In this document: piece after piece, positions 37,457 through 48,251 of the stretch
How positions within the stretch are numbered: position 1 is the first letter of the stretch
How the letters are laid out: every line of letters starts with the position of its first letter
DNA from: an uncultured bacterium
Lineage (GTDB): Bacteria; Fidelibacterota; Marinisomatia; Marinisomatales; UBA1611
NCBI GenBank assembly: GCA_943788175.1
Contig: CALSPG010000009.1
Location: 1 to 48,321 of the forward strand
Length of the DNA stretch: 48,321 nt
Direction of reading: 5' to 3'
Notes under the pieces: model-generated
Seen by the model: the letters and a program-made list of their open reading frames with translations, nothing else
Database searches by the model: none
Told to the model about the DNA's origin: nothing
Translations under genes and position numbers: made by a program

Positions 37457-38188
37457 ATGAAATATCTTAGCTTTATATTAGTTATCTTTGTTGGTTGTTC
37501 ATCTAGCTTACTCGATGAGTCAATTCCTCTAGCTGACCGCCTCAAAATCGGAATGGATTTATTAGATCAAGAAAAGTTTGTAAAAGCTCAGGGTGAGTTT
37601 AAATATGTTTTATCAAGGGGAACGGGGACTGACTACGGGGACGATGCTCAGTTTTTTCTAGCTGAATCTTATTTTTTGAATCAAGAATATATGTTGTCAA
37701 TACAAGAATATGAAAATTTGACGAGAAAAATGGCCTTTAGCCCATATTTTGAAAAGTCTAGATTTAGAATATGTGAAGCATATAGGATTGAAAGTCCAAA
37801 TTATTACAATGATCAATCTTATACTGAAAAAGCATTGGAAAGATATCGTGAGTTTCTAGATGATTTTCCTGAATCCGAGAATAGTCAGGTTGTAACAGAA
37901 TCGATGAATGTATTAAGAAATAAACTAGCAAAAAAATTATATGAAACAGGGATTTTATATATGAAAATGGATGAGTTTGAGCCTGCAAGAATGTCTTTTA
38001 ATGCCGTGATTGATCAATATTATGATACGGATATTATTGAAAAAGTTCATTTTGAGGTTATTAAGTCCTATGCAAAAGAAGGTAATTCTCTGAAAGCTGA
38101 AAAGCATTGGGTTGACAAGGGACAATCATACATATCAAATGAAGAAATTATTAATGAAATAACTGAACTCTTTTCTACTAAAGAATAA
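37457..38188 (+). CDS. bamD: outer membrane protein assembly factor BamD
   Basis: Lipobox FVGC from ATG 37457; DDAQFFLAESYF, DQSYTEKA..F...FP.S, LAKKLYETG.LY, YYDT. Confidence 0.88.
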   Translation: MKYLSFILVIFVGCSSSLLDESIPLADRLKIGMDLLDQEKFVKAQGEFKYVLSRGTGTDYGDDAQFFLAESYFLNQEYMLSIQEYENLTRKMAFSPYFEKSRFRICEAYRIESPNYYNDQSYTEKALERYREFLDDFPESENSQVVTESMNVLRNKLAKKLYETGILYMKMDEFEPARMSFNAVIDQYYDTDIIEKVHFEVIKSYAKEGNSLKAEKHWVDKGQSYISNEEIINEITELFSTKE

Positions 38189-38190
38189 TA

Positions 38191-38778
38191 ATGAAAATTT
38201 GCATATTTGGTGGAACGTTTGACCCTCCTCACATTGGTCATTTGCTTATAGCTCAAACTGTTTGTGAGGTTGAAGACTTTGATAAAATTCTGTTTGTACC
38301 AGCATATTCGCCACCGCACAAAAATCAAATTACGGATATTGAACACAGGATAAATATGGTGAAAATTGCTATTCGTGATAATCCTAAATTTGAATACTCC
38401 GATGTTGATGTCATTAGAAAAGGTACTTCATATACTTTTGACACAATAGTAGATATAAAAAAACGAATGAACGTCTCAAAAGATGAAATATATTATCTCA
38501 TTGGTAGTGATAGCTTAATCGATTTTAAAAACTGGAAAAAACCAAGAAAAATCTTAAGGGAGGCAAAAGTTATTGTAGCTATTCGACCTGGATTTAGTCC
38601 AAGTGATATACCCCATTGGATTTTACAAGAAGTTCATTTTGCAAACATACCTCGGTTCGAGTTATCATCTTCTACGATAAGATCGCGGTGGATAAAGGAC
38701 CTTACCATTCGTTATATGGTTACTTTGCCTATCTGGGATTATATAAATAAGAATAAATTATATAGCTTGAAGACTTAG
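38191..38778 (+). CDS. nadD: nicotinate-nucleotide adenylyltransferase
   Basis: FGGTFDPPHIGH, PPHK, SYT, IGSDS, SSSTIR. Confidence 0.96.
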   Translation: MKICIFGGTFDPPHIGHLLIAQTVCEVEDFDKILFVPAYSPPHKNQITDIEHRINMVKIAIRDNPKFEYSDVDVIRKGTSYTFDTIVDIKKRMNVSKDEIYYLIGSDSLIDFKNWKKPRKILREAKVIVAIRPGFSPSDIPHWILQEVHFANIPRFELSSSTIRSRWIKDLTIRYMVTLPIWDYINKNKLYSLKT

Positions 38779-38780
38779 GT

Positions 38781-39722
38781 CTATCCAGAAAAATCTAGAT
38801 ACCATCTTACAAGGTTTATTGAAACTAGTATAGTTCCTTGTAATCGGCTTATCTGCCAGTTTGTTCTCATCATAATTAATACCATTGCAACCATTACAAT
38901 TAAAACTACAATGCTTGAGTGAATATCAGATTGAATATTAGTTGGATTTATAATACCTGCAAGTCCAAGCACTCCAAGTAAATTAAATAAATCGCTACCA
39001 ATAAGGTTACCAATTGCCATTCCGTGCTTATTTTTGAATGCTGCTGTTAATGATGTAGCTAGCTCTGGAGCAGAGGTACCTGCAGCAACGATAGTTACAG
39101 CAATTACCCAATCTGAAACCCCAAAAGTGCTTGCAAGTGAGGAAGCGTGTTCAACCATTAAGTGGCCACCAAGGACAATAGAAATGAGCCCTGCAAAAAA
39201 CCATAAATATGATTTTAAATCTGCAGACTCAGGGTGTGTTTCCTCCATTGGTTCTTTTTTAATAAATAAGAAAATAATATACCCTATTAATGCAAGAAAA
39301 AGAAAAGACCCTTCTGCTGCGGTTATCGCATCAGTTATATCCCAGCCATTGAAACCAAAGAATAAAACATAAATCAATATTGTAACAAACAGTAAGAATA
39401 TGCCATCTCTATACAATAATTTCGGTGTAATGGTGATTGCACGCACCATCGCGGTGCCACCAAGAATAAATCCTAAATTAAAGATGTTAGAGCCAACAAC
39501 ATTGCCTATTGATATATCGGTTTGACCTGTTAATGCGGCTTTAATGGTTACTGCGAATTCTGGAGCAGATGTACCAAAAGCAACAACAGTTAATCCTATT
39601 ACTAAATCAGAAATTTTTAATGAATGAGCTATCTCAGCAGCCGCTTCAACAAGCCAATCTGCTCCTTTCCATAACATTAGTATAGAAAAAATGACTAAAA
39701 CTATGTCCAGTAATAAAATCAA
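38781..39722 (-). CDS. calcium/sodium antiporter (CaCA, YrbG-like)
   Basis: Duplicated GTSAPE..GN..GS alpha-repeats. Confidence 0.95.
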   Translation of the reverse strand: MILLLDIVLVIFSILMLWKGADWLVEAAAEIAHSLKISDLVIGLTVVAFGTSAPEFAVTIKAALTGQTDISIGNVVGSNIFNLGFILGGTAMVRAITITPKLLYRDGIFLLFVTILIYVLFFGFNGWDITDAITAAEGSFLFLALIGYIIFLFIKKEPMEETHPESADLKSYLWFFAGLISIVLGGHLMVEHASSLASTFGVSDWVIAVTIVAAGTSAPELATSLTAAFKNKHGMAIGNLIGSDLFNLLGVLGLAGIINPTNIQSDIHSSIVVLIVMVAMVLIMMRTNWQISRLQGTILVSINLVRWYLDFSG

Positions 39723-39873
39723 GAATATACCTTTTTATTATTTTGTTAATGTTTGAATTGAAAATTTACACAATATTTGAATTATGTAGGTTCTTATTTA
39801 GTCTTTAAATATTATCTAATTATTAAAATCTTCACTACTTTTTCTATAAGTAATATATAAGTAATTTAACGAT

Positions 39874-40527
39874 ATGATAGATTTTCAAAATGTTTCCTAC
39901 ACACACCTAAAGGGAAGAGGTGTAACTAATCTATCTTTTTCAATTGACGATGGAGAATTCGTATTCTTGATTGGGCCAACCGGCTCAGGAAAAACCACTC
40001 TAATGAGATTAATCTATTTTGATTTGCTTTGTGATTCAGGAAAAGTAAATGTGGGAAATTTTAATTCAGATAGAATTAAAAAAAATCAAATTCCTCTTGC
40101 AAGAAGAGATATTGGAATGGTATTTCAAGACTATCATCTTTTAAATGATCGTAATGTATTTCACAATGTGGCCCTTCCATTACATGTTATCGGTTGTGAT
40201 GCTAGTGAAATTTCATACAGAGTAGAGGATGCATTAGAATTAGTGGGTTTTGAAGGTAAAAGGAGTCATTATCCACACGAGTTATCCGGCGGTGAAAAAC
40301 AAAGAGTAACGCTTGCTCGAGCTATTGTAAAAGAACCTAAACTAATTTTGGCTGATGAGCCTACTGGGAACCTCGATCCTGTAGCCGCGTTTGAACTTGT
40401 GCAGCTACTAGAAACAATAAATAATGAAGGCACAACTATTTTAATGGCCTCACATAACTATAACCTTATTAAGGGTAGAGGTCGTCGTATAATAGAGCTA
40501 AAAGACGGTTTGATGCGAGGAAGCTGA
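39874..40527 (+). CDS. ftsE: cell division ATP-binding protein FtsE
   Basis: GPTGSGKT, IGMVFQD, LSGGEKQR, ADEPTGNLD; coupled to ftsX. Confidence 0.93.
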   Translation: MIDFQNVSYTHLKGRGVTNLSFSIDDGEFVFLIGPTGSGKTTLMRLIYFDLLCDSGKVNVGNFNSDRIKKNQIPLARRDIGMVFQDYHLLNDRNVFHNVALPLHVIGCDASEISYRVEDALELVGFEGKRSHYPHELSGGEKQRVTLARAIVKEPKLILADEPTGNLDPVAAFELVQLLETINNEGTTILMASHNYNLIKGRGRRIIELKDGLMRGS

Positions 40528-41399
40528 TGGACAAATTTTTATACTTAATTTCTGAAGGTTTAAAAAATGTCTGGCGACATAAAATGACTACATTCACAGC
40601 AGTATTCTCATTATTTCTTGCTCTGTATTTTGTTGGTCTTTTGGCAACAGCGGGTGAAAATACAAAATCAATTCTTCAATACCTCCGTTCGAAATATAAG
40701 ATAGAAGTCTTTTTTAAGCAGAATATGGATTTAAAGAGCGCAAAGAAGGTTTCTGATTCGATTCTTGAAGTAAAAGGTGTTCGTTCATCTACTGTAATTA
40801 ATAAAGAGGATGCAGTTAGGATTTTTAAGGACCAATTTGGGGAAGATATCATTGGTGTTTTAGGCTATAACCCCTTACCAATTAGTGCTGTTGTAAATCT
40901 TAAGCGGAATTCTGAGGAAATGTTGAAGGTCGCGCCTGTTGTATCTCAAATAAAAAAAATGAAAGGTGTTCAGGAGGTTCGATATCAAGGACATTTAATT
41001 AATAAAATTGAGAGGACCTATGCAAGGTTCATGCAATTATTTCCTGGTGTTGCAATATTATTTATATCTGTTGCCGTTTTAGTCATCTATAATACAGTAA
41101 AATTATCCATATTCTCTAGAAAAGAGCTTATTGATTCATTAAAATTGATTGGTGCAACCAAATTATTTATTCAAATGCCTTTTATTTTTGAAGGTCTTAT
41201 TGATGGAATTTTAGCTACTCTAATTTCGATTCCGTTAATTATAGGTACTGTAAGTGGTGCTAATTATATGATAGATAATTTCACTAGTTGGAACATTGAG
41301 CTTACGGTTGCTCCAATGTTGTTTATATGGCTTACTTTACTATCTGGCATTATTTCTGTACTAGGTAGTTATAGGGCAGTGTCAGGAATAATGAAATAG
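40527..41399 (+). CDS. ftsX: cell division permease FtsX
   Basis: NPLP, IYNTVKLSIFSR, LIGAT..FIQMPFIFEG. Confidence 0.93.
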   Translation: MDKFLYLISEGLKNVWRHKMTTFTAVFSLFLALYFVGLLATAGENTKSILQYLRSKYKIEVFFKQNMDLKSAKKVSDSILEVKGVRSSTVINKEDAVRIFKDQFGEDIIGVLGYNPLPISAVVNLKRNSEEMLKVAPVVSQIKKMKGVQEVRYQGHLINKIERTYARFMQLFPGVAILFISVAVLVIYNTVKLSIFSRKELIDSLKLIGATKLFIQMPFIFEGLIDGILATLISIPLIIGTVSGANYMIDNFTSWNIELTVAPMLFIWLTLLSGIISVLGSYRAVSGIMK

Positions 41400-41465
41400 G
41401 CTTTATTGACCTCATTTATTTCTAAAAAAACTATAAATAAAACAAATTATTGATTGGAGTCCATT

Positions 41466-41999
41466 TTGACAGAAAAGAAAACTGCTAAGACAAAAAAGCA
41501 GACTGTAAAAAAAAAGCAAGTAACGAAAAAATCTAAGCCAAAAGCAGATGGCTTAAAACTTGAGAATGAAATCAATGTTCTTAAAGACAAACATATTAGG
41601 TTGAAAGCTGAGTTTGAAAACTTTAGAAAAAGAAAAAATAAAGAAATTTCCTCCTTATTACAATATGATGGTGAAAGTATAATCAAAGAAGTTCTTCCTA
41701 TTTTTGATGACTTGAATAGAATGGTTGATTCTGCAGAGAACTCAAATCTGAAAAATGAAAATTCATTAGTCGATGGGATTAATTTGCTCAAATCCAAAAT
41801 CGATAAATTTCTTGAATTAAAAAATATTGAGCCTTTTGGAATAGTAGGAGAGAGTCTAGATCCGCAAATTCACGACGCCATGCTAACACAAAAAGATGAT
41901 AAAAAAGAGGATGACGTAATTCTTAGTGTCTTTGAAAAGGGATATAAATATCATGATAAGGTCATTCGTCATGCAAAGGTAGTGGTGAATAAAAAATGA
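41466..41999 (+). CDS. grpE: nucleotide exchange factor GrpE
   Basis: [29 protein letters not shown]; likely TTG start 41466 after GGAG at 41456. Confidence 0.95.
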   Translation: MTEKKTAKTKKQTVKKKQVTKKSKPKADGLKLENEINVLKDKHIRLKAEFENFRKRKNKEISSLLQYDGESIIKEVLPIFDDLNRMVDSAENSNLKNENSLVDGINLLKSKIDKFLELKNIEPFGIVGESLDPQIHDAMLTQKDDKKEDDVILSVFEKGYKYHDKVIRHAKVVVNKK

Positions 42000-43090
42000 G
42001 AGATTTTTATGATGTTCTTGGCGTTTCCAAAAACGCATCTGCCGATGAAATAAAAAAATCTTATCGGAAACTTGCTTTGAAATTCCATCCAGATAAAAAC
42101 CCTGGTGATGAACAAGCTGAGAAAAATTTTAAAGAGGCCGCAGAAGCATATAGCATATTAAGCAATAGCCAAAAAAGAGGACAATATGACCAATTTGGTC
42201 ATGCTGGAGTAGGAATGGGTTCTCAGGGTGGCGGTGGCTTTGGAGGAGGGGGTGCCCATATGAACATGGATGATATTTTCTCACAATTCGGAGACATTTT
42301 TGGTGGTGGTAGTCCATTTGGTGATATATTTGGTGGCGGAAGACAAAGAGGTGGTAGGTCAAAGGGTGCAGATATAAGAATTAAACTATCTCTTGACTAC
42401 GAAGAAATAAATAAAGGTGTTGAAAAAAAGATTAAAATAAAGCGATCTGTTTTAGCCGAAGGCGTTAAGTTTACAAATTGTGCCACATGTGGTGGACAAG
42501 GGCAAGTTACGCAGATAACTAATACGGTGCTTGGTAGAATGCAACAAACTGGTGTTTGCCCTAGATGTAGCGGCAGTGGAAAGACTATTGGACATAGGCC
42601 TAGTGGTGTTGCTCCTGACGGCATGATAAAAAAAGACAAGACAATTAATATAAAAGTACCAGCCGGTGTTGAATCTGGGAACTATATGACAGTAGAGAAT
42701 CAGGGCAATGAGGACGTTAATGGTTCTCCAGGTGACTTGTTAGTTGTTTTCGAAGAAAAACCCCATGAATATTTTGTTCGGGATGGAGAAAATATTTTCA
42801 TTGAACTTACGATCAATTACCCCGATGCTGTTTTTGGTAATAAAATTGATATTCCAACATTAGATGGTAAATCTGCTCTGAAAATCCCAGCAGGGATACA
42901 GTCTGGAAAGCTACTCAGAATGAGAGGTAAAGGTTTTCCTATGCTGAGAAGTTCTTCAAAGGGTGATCAAATTGTTAGGGTGGTAATAAACACTCCGAGT
43001 TCTTTTTCGAAGGGTAGTAAAAAAATAATTGAATCTCTGAAGACTGAATTAGACCCAATTAAAAACCCTTATTCCAAAATAGATATATAA
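41996..43090 (+). CDS. dnaJ: molecular chaperone DnaJ
   Basis: J domain with HPD, G/F region with DIF repeats, two CxxCxGxG motifs, C-terminal domain. Confidence 0.97.
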   Translation: MRDFYDVLGVSKNASADEIKKSYRKLALKFHPDKNPGDEQAEKNFKEAAEAYSILSNSQKRGQYDQFGHAGVGMGSQGGGGFGGGGAHMNMDDIFSQFGDIFGGGSPFGDIFGGGRQRGGRSKGADIRIKLSLDYEEINKGVEKKIKIKRSVLAEGVKFTNCATCGGQGQVTQITNTVLGRMQQTGVCPRCSGSGKTIGHRPSGVAPDGMIKKDKTINIKVPAGVESGNYMTVENQGNEDVNGSPGDLLVVFEEKPHEYFVRDGENIFIELTINYPDAVFGNKIDIPTLDGKSALKIPAGIQSGKLLRMRGKGFPMLRSSSKGDQIVRVVINTPSSFSKGSKKIIESLKTELDPIKNPYSKIDI

Positions 43091-43209
43091 TCATAATATT
43101 TCTTTTATCATTATAAAGAAAATATTAACCATGATGCCTCTTGGTTTATTAATATTAAGCGCTATTGTAGTTTAATATTATTATAACTAATACAGAGAAA
43201 TACGTTTAC

Positions 43210-43965
43210 ATGTCAAAATTAGATCAAAAAAAATTGTCAGATTTATTAGAACTTGTTACAGTTCTTGCATTTCTTTTTCTTATTTTTGTTATTTATGCAC
43301 CAGTCTCAATCTGGTCAGAAGAACAAAAGTTTGAGAAAGAAAGTCGTTTTAATATGCAAAATATTTACGACATGGAGGCTTTTTATGAGCAATTGACTGG
43401 CTCTTACAATTCTAATTTTTATGAGACAATAAAAGTAGTCAACTCTGCTAGAGATTCACTTTCAGCTGACTCTCTGTACGTTGGCGAACAATCTCTTTAT
43501 CTTTCGGGTAAAGAATATATTGTAGATATAAATGAGACTTTTGGTTTCAATTATGATACTACTTTTGGATTTTTGAGTTATCGTCGTGACACTATCCTTG
43601 ATACCACTGTGCAAATAGTAATGTTCTCACAAGAATTGGGTAGGAACGATACGAGTTTTACTCAAAAAAAATTCTTAACTACTTACACGCAAGATCCTAA
43701 CTTTGTGGCTAAGCTTAATGAAGAGCCATTGAAGCGAGTGGAACTGATTGAGTATTATAAAACTTTTGTGCCTGATTCAAATACGTTTGATTGCCCGCTT
43801 AGTGGTGATAATTATATTCTAGAAGTAGATAAAGAAAATAAAAAAGTAAAAGTTAGGAGTCCTATTACGAAAGAAAATGCTTACAAGGACCCAAGATTTC
43901 TTATTTTTTCTCTTAAATCCTCAGGTCATGGTGAAATCAATGATGGAAGCCGTAGCTGGGATTAG
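43210..43965 (+). CDS. single-pass membrane protein with pilin-like N-terminal helix
   Basis: LLELVTVLAFLFLIFVIYAP TM then ESRFNMQNIYDMEAFY..TGSY; CPLSG motif near the C-terminus. Confidence 0.6.
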   Translation: MSKLDQKKLSDLLELVTVLAFLFLIFVIYAPVSIWSEEQKFEKESRFNMQNIYDMEAFYEQLTGSYNSNFYETIKVVNSARDSLSADSLYVGEQSLYLSGKEYIVDINETFGFNYDTTFGFLSYRRDTILDTTVQIVMFSQELGRNDTSFTQKKFLTTYTQDPNFVAKLNEEPLKRVELIEYYKTFVPDSNTFDCPLSGDNYILEVDKENKKVKVRSPITKENAYKDPRFLIFSLKSSGHGEINDGSRSWD

Positions 43966-43980
43966 ATAGCCTAGTATATT

Positions 43981-45714
43981 ATGATAGGAATCGTTATTTC
44001 AGATAAGTCCCTCACTGCTGGTGTTTGGTCAGATGATGAAAATGGTGGACTTACGCTTCATAACGTAAAACAAATAGATTATAATGACCCGATAGATAAT
44101 CTAATTTTTAGTGAAGGTGATTTAAACTCAATTTTAGGTATAGCACTTAGAAGAACATCAGAGCTAATCCCTTTCAGTGGCCAAGATATAGCTGTTGCAA
44201 TATCAGACGATTTTGTTTATCACGATTCAGTGGAGACTGAAATCGACTTAGCTAGAGAGGATTATTGGGATTATATAAAATGGATTGAAACCAATAAAAA
44301 TAGGCCTGATAATCAAAATATGTCTATTTTCGGGCAAATTTATCTTCCAGATGAAGTAAATATTCACACAGTTGCGGTGTCGTCAACATTAATAAGGACG
44401 ATTAAATTATCTATATCAGAACTTGGTGGAAATCCTTTTTGGATGGGACCGTTTAGCTCTGTAGTTATGGATGCTGGGCATGTATCAGACGCAGCTATAG
44501 TACATAAAAATAAAAACCAGTATAAGTTTTTAATGGTAAAAAACTGCAGGTTCGATCATGGAACCATCGCTTTTAGTTCCGGACAACCAAAGTTGATTTC
44601 ATCAACAGAGGAAGAAGAATATACATTAGGTTCATTTAAACTCATTCCTTCTGATATTGATGACGTTCCTGTTTATAGCCCTGATAAATTAGGTCGACAA
44701 GCTTTAACGTGTTGGGAAAAATCTGATTTAAGGGTTATGACTCCTTTTGATGATATGAAACTCACTAGTACTATTTCTGGAACCACTGAGCATTATGAAT
44801 CTAATGTACTTACAAGTTTAGCTATTGGGGCAAGCTCTAGACATTCATTCAATTTTTTTGAAGAAGAAAAGATATATGATTTTCTTTTTACGGAAATATT
44901 TTCTGAAGAAAAAGATATTGAAAAAGAAACATTTTCTGTACCTCAAGTTGAAATAACACCACAAAAAAAGAAGCGGAAATCTGAGCCCATTTCTGGAGGC
45001 GAAATGGTTTGGCTTTTGTTTGCATTAATCGTCATAATGGGTCTGTTTTTTGCAATGAATTATGTAAAATTCCGTGAGAGTATAAACAAACCTCTTTTTG
45101 GCGAAAATGAAGAATATGTAATTAAAAAAATTGACCCGATTGATCTCAAAGAACGATCTAAGGGTATGGTTGATTATGATATTAATATGCATTTACAGTC
45201 TAGAGAAATTTCTAAGGTTGTTTCTAAATTATTTCAATCCACAGAACTAAAACTTTACAATAATCTTACAATTACAGGTACGTTTATTAGCTTAGAGTAT
45301 ATGAGCGGATTAAATCCCGATATCGAACATATTGTTGGGTTAGAGACCACCAGTTATTCTATGGAATCGGCAGGTTCAGATAGTACAATGTTTCTCTGGT
45401 ATTATAGTTTTGATTTTCCAGAGTTGAATAAGTCAAATGACATTACAATTGGAATTGATAAAAGTGATTTTCTTGCACAACTCGATTCAACGATTAATGA
45501 TTATACAATTAGAGAATTTGATCAGTTTTATAAGACGAATAGAATTTATGAGCCAGTTTTAATTTGGGTTCGGGGTGACGAAGAGATCAGAAAAGCCACT
45601 GAAATTTTAGTAGAATCTGGACCAACAGTACTTTTAAGAAAATTTGTTTTATTTAATGAGGTAGATAAACCTGATCCTAGAGCTGGATTTTATGTCTCAT
45701 TTTTAAGTAATTAG
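43981..45714 (+). CDS. bitopic protein with PilM/GspL-like cytoplasmic domain
   Basis: MIGIVIS.., IAVAIS..V, TVAV..LI..I..LG..P pattern; one TM near residue 350; extracytoplasmic C-terminal part. Confidence 0.55.
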   Translation: MIGIVISDKSLTAGVWSDDENGGLTLHNVKQIDYNDPIDNLIFSEGDLNSILGIALRRTSELIPFSGQDIAVAISDDFVYHDSVETEIDLAREDYWDYIKWIETNKNRPDNQNMSIFGQIYLPDEVNIHTVAVSSTLIRTIKLSISELGGNPFWMGPFSSVVMDAGHVSDAAIVHKNKNQYKFLMVKNCRFDHGTIAFSSGQPKLISSTEEEEYTLGSFKLIPSDIDDVPVYSPDKLGRQALTCWEKSDLRVMTPFDDMKLTSTISGTTEHYESNVLTSLAIGASSRHSFNFFEEEKIYDFLFTEIFSEEKDIEKETFSVPQVEITPQKKKRKSEPISGGEMVWLLFALIVIMGLFFAMNYVKFRESINKPLFGENEEYVIKKIDPIDLKERSKGMVDYDINMHLQSREISKVVSKLFQSTELKLYNNLTITGTFISLEYMSGLNPDIEHIVGLETTSYSMESAGSDSTMFLWYYSFDFPELNKSNDITIGIDKSDFLAQLDSTINDYTIREFDQFYKTNRIYEPVLIWVRGDEEIRKATEILVESGPTVLLRKFVLFNEVDKPDPRAGFYVSFLSN

Positions 45715-45719
45715 TTTTT

Positions 45720-46232
45720 GTGAAAATATTAAGCGGCACCTATAAGGGTATTCGTATTGAGACAACGAAAAACGCTTCTTACAGACCAACTAAGTCCAGA
45801 GTTCGAAAAAGTATATTTGATATTCTTAGCCCTTTCCATTATGCAAATATTTTAGATCTATATTCTGGTTCTGGAATTTTAGGGTTTGAGTCAGCAAGTA
45901 GAGGTGCGACTTCAGTAACATTTGTTGAAAATAATTTTAAAAATATAAAATTACTTACACATAATAAAGTCAAATTTAATGACACTGATTTTTCAGTTAT
46001 AAAAAACAATGTTGAAACATTCTTAAAAAAATCTGAGAAAAAATTTGATTTAATTTTTGCGGACCCCCCTTATGGAAAGGTCGACTATGAGTGGTTGTTT
46101 AATAGCTGTAAAGAAAAAATATCTAAAAGTGGTAAATTAGTAGTAGAAATGAATAACAATAGCTTTACATATAATAATTGCGTTGAAAAAATCTATGGTG
46201 AAACAAAGGTTTTGTTCTATAATAAAATATGA
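45720..46232 (+). CDS. rsmD: 16S rRNA m2G966 methyltransferase
   Basis: RPT..VR..IF, LDLYSGSG, DPPY, YG; upstream of coaD. Confidence 0.92.
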   Translation: MKILSGTYKGIRIETTKNASYRPTKSRVRKSIFDILSPFHYANILDLYSGSGILGFESASRGATSVTFVENNFKNIKLLTHNKVKFNDTDFSVIKNNVETFLKKSEKKFDLIFADPPYGKVDYEWLFNSCKEKISKSGKLVVEMNNNSFTYNNCVEKIYGETKVLFYNKI

Positions 46233-46708
46233 AGCGTATTGTATACCCAGGAACATTTGACCCTATTCACAATGGGCATTTAGACATTGCTTTGAAAGCA
46301 GCGGAACTATTTGATGAGCTGATTTTAGTGGTGGCCGTAAATCAAGAAAAATCTCCGTTATTCAGTGATTCTGAAAGAGTTGCATTAATTAAAGAAAGTC
46401 TCGCGGGTGTGAAAAATATCAAAGTAGACACTTTCAACGGCTTGATTGTCGATTTTGTACGATCTAATGATGCTGTTGCTATTATCAGAGGTTTAAGGCA
46501 TGTGAGTGATTTTGAATTTGAATTTCAAATGGCAATGATGAACTTTAATTTAAATCCAAACATTAAGTCTATGTTTATGATGCCAGATGAAAAATATATT
46601 CATCTTAATTCAACGGTTATCAAGGATGTCGGTAGGTTAGGTGGGAATATATCTGATTACGTTCCTAAATGTGTAGAAGATGCATTATATGAGAAGTATA
46701 GTGTCTGA
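46229..46708 (+). CDS. coaD: pantetheine-phosphate adenylyltransferase
   Basis: YPGTFDPIHNGH, IRGLR..SDFEFE. Confidence 0.96.
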   Translation: MKRIVYPGTFDPIHNGHLDIALKAAELFDELILVVAVNQEKSPLFSDSERVALIKESLAGVKNIKVDTFNGLIVDFVRSNDAVAIIRGLRHVSDFEFEFQMAMMNFNLNPNIKSMFMMPDEKYIHLNSTVIKDVGRLGGNISDYVPKCVEDALYEKYSV

Positions 46709-46753
46709 TTATTATTAGATTCGCACTCTAAATATCCTTTAAAAAATTTAATT

Positions 46754-47017
46754 ATGCCTACATACGACTATATTTGTAAAAAATGTGAAAAGATGGTTGA
46801 GTATTTCCAATCTATGTCTGATGCGCCAAAAAAAGAGTGTCCAGATTGTAAGGAAGATAGCTTAAGAAGAGTCATCAGTGGTGGCACGGGTTTGATTTTT
46901 AAAGGTTCCGGTTACTATTTAACAGATTATAAAAATAAAAAAAATAAATCGCCTGAAAAAAAAGATACAGGCACGAAGAAAAAAGAAAAAACAAGTAAGA
47001 AAAAAATAGAAAGTTGA
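46754..47017 (+). CDS. FmdB-family zinc ribbon protein
   Basis: MPTYDYxCxxC..CPxC..FKGSGYY.TDY. Confidence 0.92.
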   Translation: MPTYDYICKKCEKMVEYFQSMSDAPKKECPDCKEDSLRRVISGGTGLIFKGSGYYLTDYKNKKNKSPEKKDTGTKKKEKTSKKKIES

Positions 47018-47024
47018 TTATCAA

Positions 47025-48251
47025 ATGACACAAAGTAAAAAAATTGAAATGACAGATCAGGGTTTATCTGTTCCTAATAATGTAAAAATCCCTTTTATCG
47101 AAGGTGATGGAATCGGTGTTGATATTTGGGCCGCTTCATCAAATGTTTTTAATAGCGCAGTAGAAAAAGCTTATGCTGGCGAAAAGTCGATTGAATGGGT
47201 GGAAGTATTAGCTGGGGAGAAAGCTTTTAATAATAATGGTGAGTGGCTTCCTCAAGAGACACTTGATACTATTTTAGATCATAAAATTGCTATCAAAGGT
47301 CCATTAACTACTCCTATTGGTGGAGGTATTCGCTCCCTCAATGTGGCATTAAGACAAAAATTAGATCTTTATGCATGTGTGCGTCCAGTGCGTTGGTTCT
47401 CCGGTGTTCCTTCACCGGTTAAAGAACCCGCAAAAGTTGACATGGTTATATTTAGAGAAAACACTGAAGACATTTATGCTGGAATTGAATGGATGCATGG
47501 ATCTGAAGGCATTGAAAAAGTTAAGAAGTTTTTAATAGACGATCTTGGTGTTACAAACATTAGATTTCCAGATACTGTTAGTTTGGGTGTAAAGCCGGTT
47601 TCTAAAGAAGGTACTGAACGTTTAGTGAAAGCGGCAATCGATTATGCCTTAGAACAAAAAAGAGAATCAGTTACATTGGTCCATAAAGGCAATATAATGA
47701 AATTCACTGAAGGTGCATTCAGAGACTGGGGCTATCAACTTGCAAAAGAAAGTTACGGCTCACATGACTTAGACGGTGGCCCGTGGCAAGTAATTAAAAA
47801 AGACGGCCATGAATTAATTATAAAAGATGTTATCGCAGATGCATTTTTACAACAAATTTTATTAAGACCTTCAGAATATGATGTGATTGCGACATTGAAT
47901 CTAAATGGTGACTACATTTCAGATGCTCTTGCTGCTATCGTAGGTGGTATTGGAATCGCTCCAGGTGCGAATATTAATTACACCAGTGGTCATGCTATAT
48001 TTGAAGCGACTCATGGTACGGCACCAAAGTATGCTGGTCAAGACAAGGTAAACCCTAGCTCAGTAATTTTATCTGGAGTTATGATGCTGGAATATATGGG
48101 CTGGCAAGAAGCTGCTGACTTAATTGTTAAAGGTATTGAGGGAGCTATCGGTCATAAGAAAGTCACCTATGACTTCCACCGCTTAATGGAAGGCGCTGAA
48201 GAACTGAAATGTTCTGAGTTTGGACATGAAATCGTGTCCAACATGGGGTAA
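47025..48251 (+). CDS. icd: isocitrate dehydrogenase (NADP, dimeric type)
   Basis: [47 protein letters not shown]. Confidence 0.98.
   Translation: MTQSKKIEMTDQGLSVPNNVKIPFIEGDGIGVDIWAASSNVFNSAVEKAYAGEKSIEWVEVLAGEKAFNNNGEWLPQETLDTILDHKIAIKGPLTTPIGGGIRSLNVALRQKLDLYACVRPVRWFSGVPSPVKEPAKVDMVIFRENTEDIYAGIEWMHGSEGIEKVKKFLIDDLGVTNIRFPDTVSLGVKPVSKEGTERLVKAAIDYALEQKRESVTLVHKGNIMKFTEGAFRDWGYQLAKESYGSHDLDGGPWQVIKKDGHELIIKDVIADAFLQQILLRPSEYDVIATLNLNGDYISDALAAIVGGIGIAPGANINYTSGHAIFEATHGTAPKYAGQDKVNPSSVILSGVMMLEYMGWQEAADLIVKGIEGAIGHKKVTYDFHRLMEGAEELKCSEFGHEIVSNMG

Noticed and set aside
41225-41235. 11-bp match (TTCGATTCCGT) to the tRNA T-arm as an att site
   Set aside because: Inside ftsX, short enough to be chance, and the intervening DNA is core genes.
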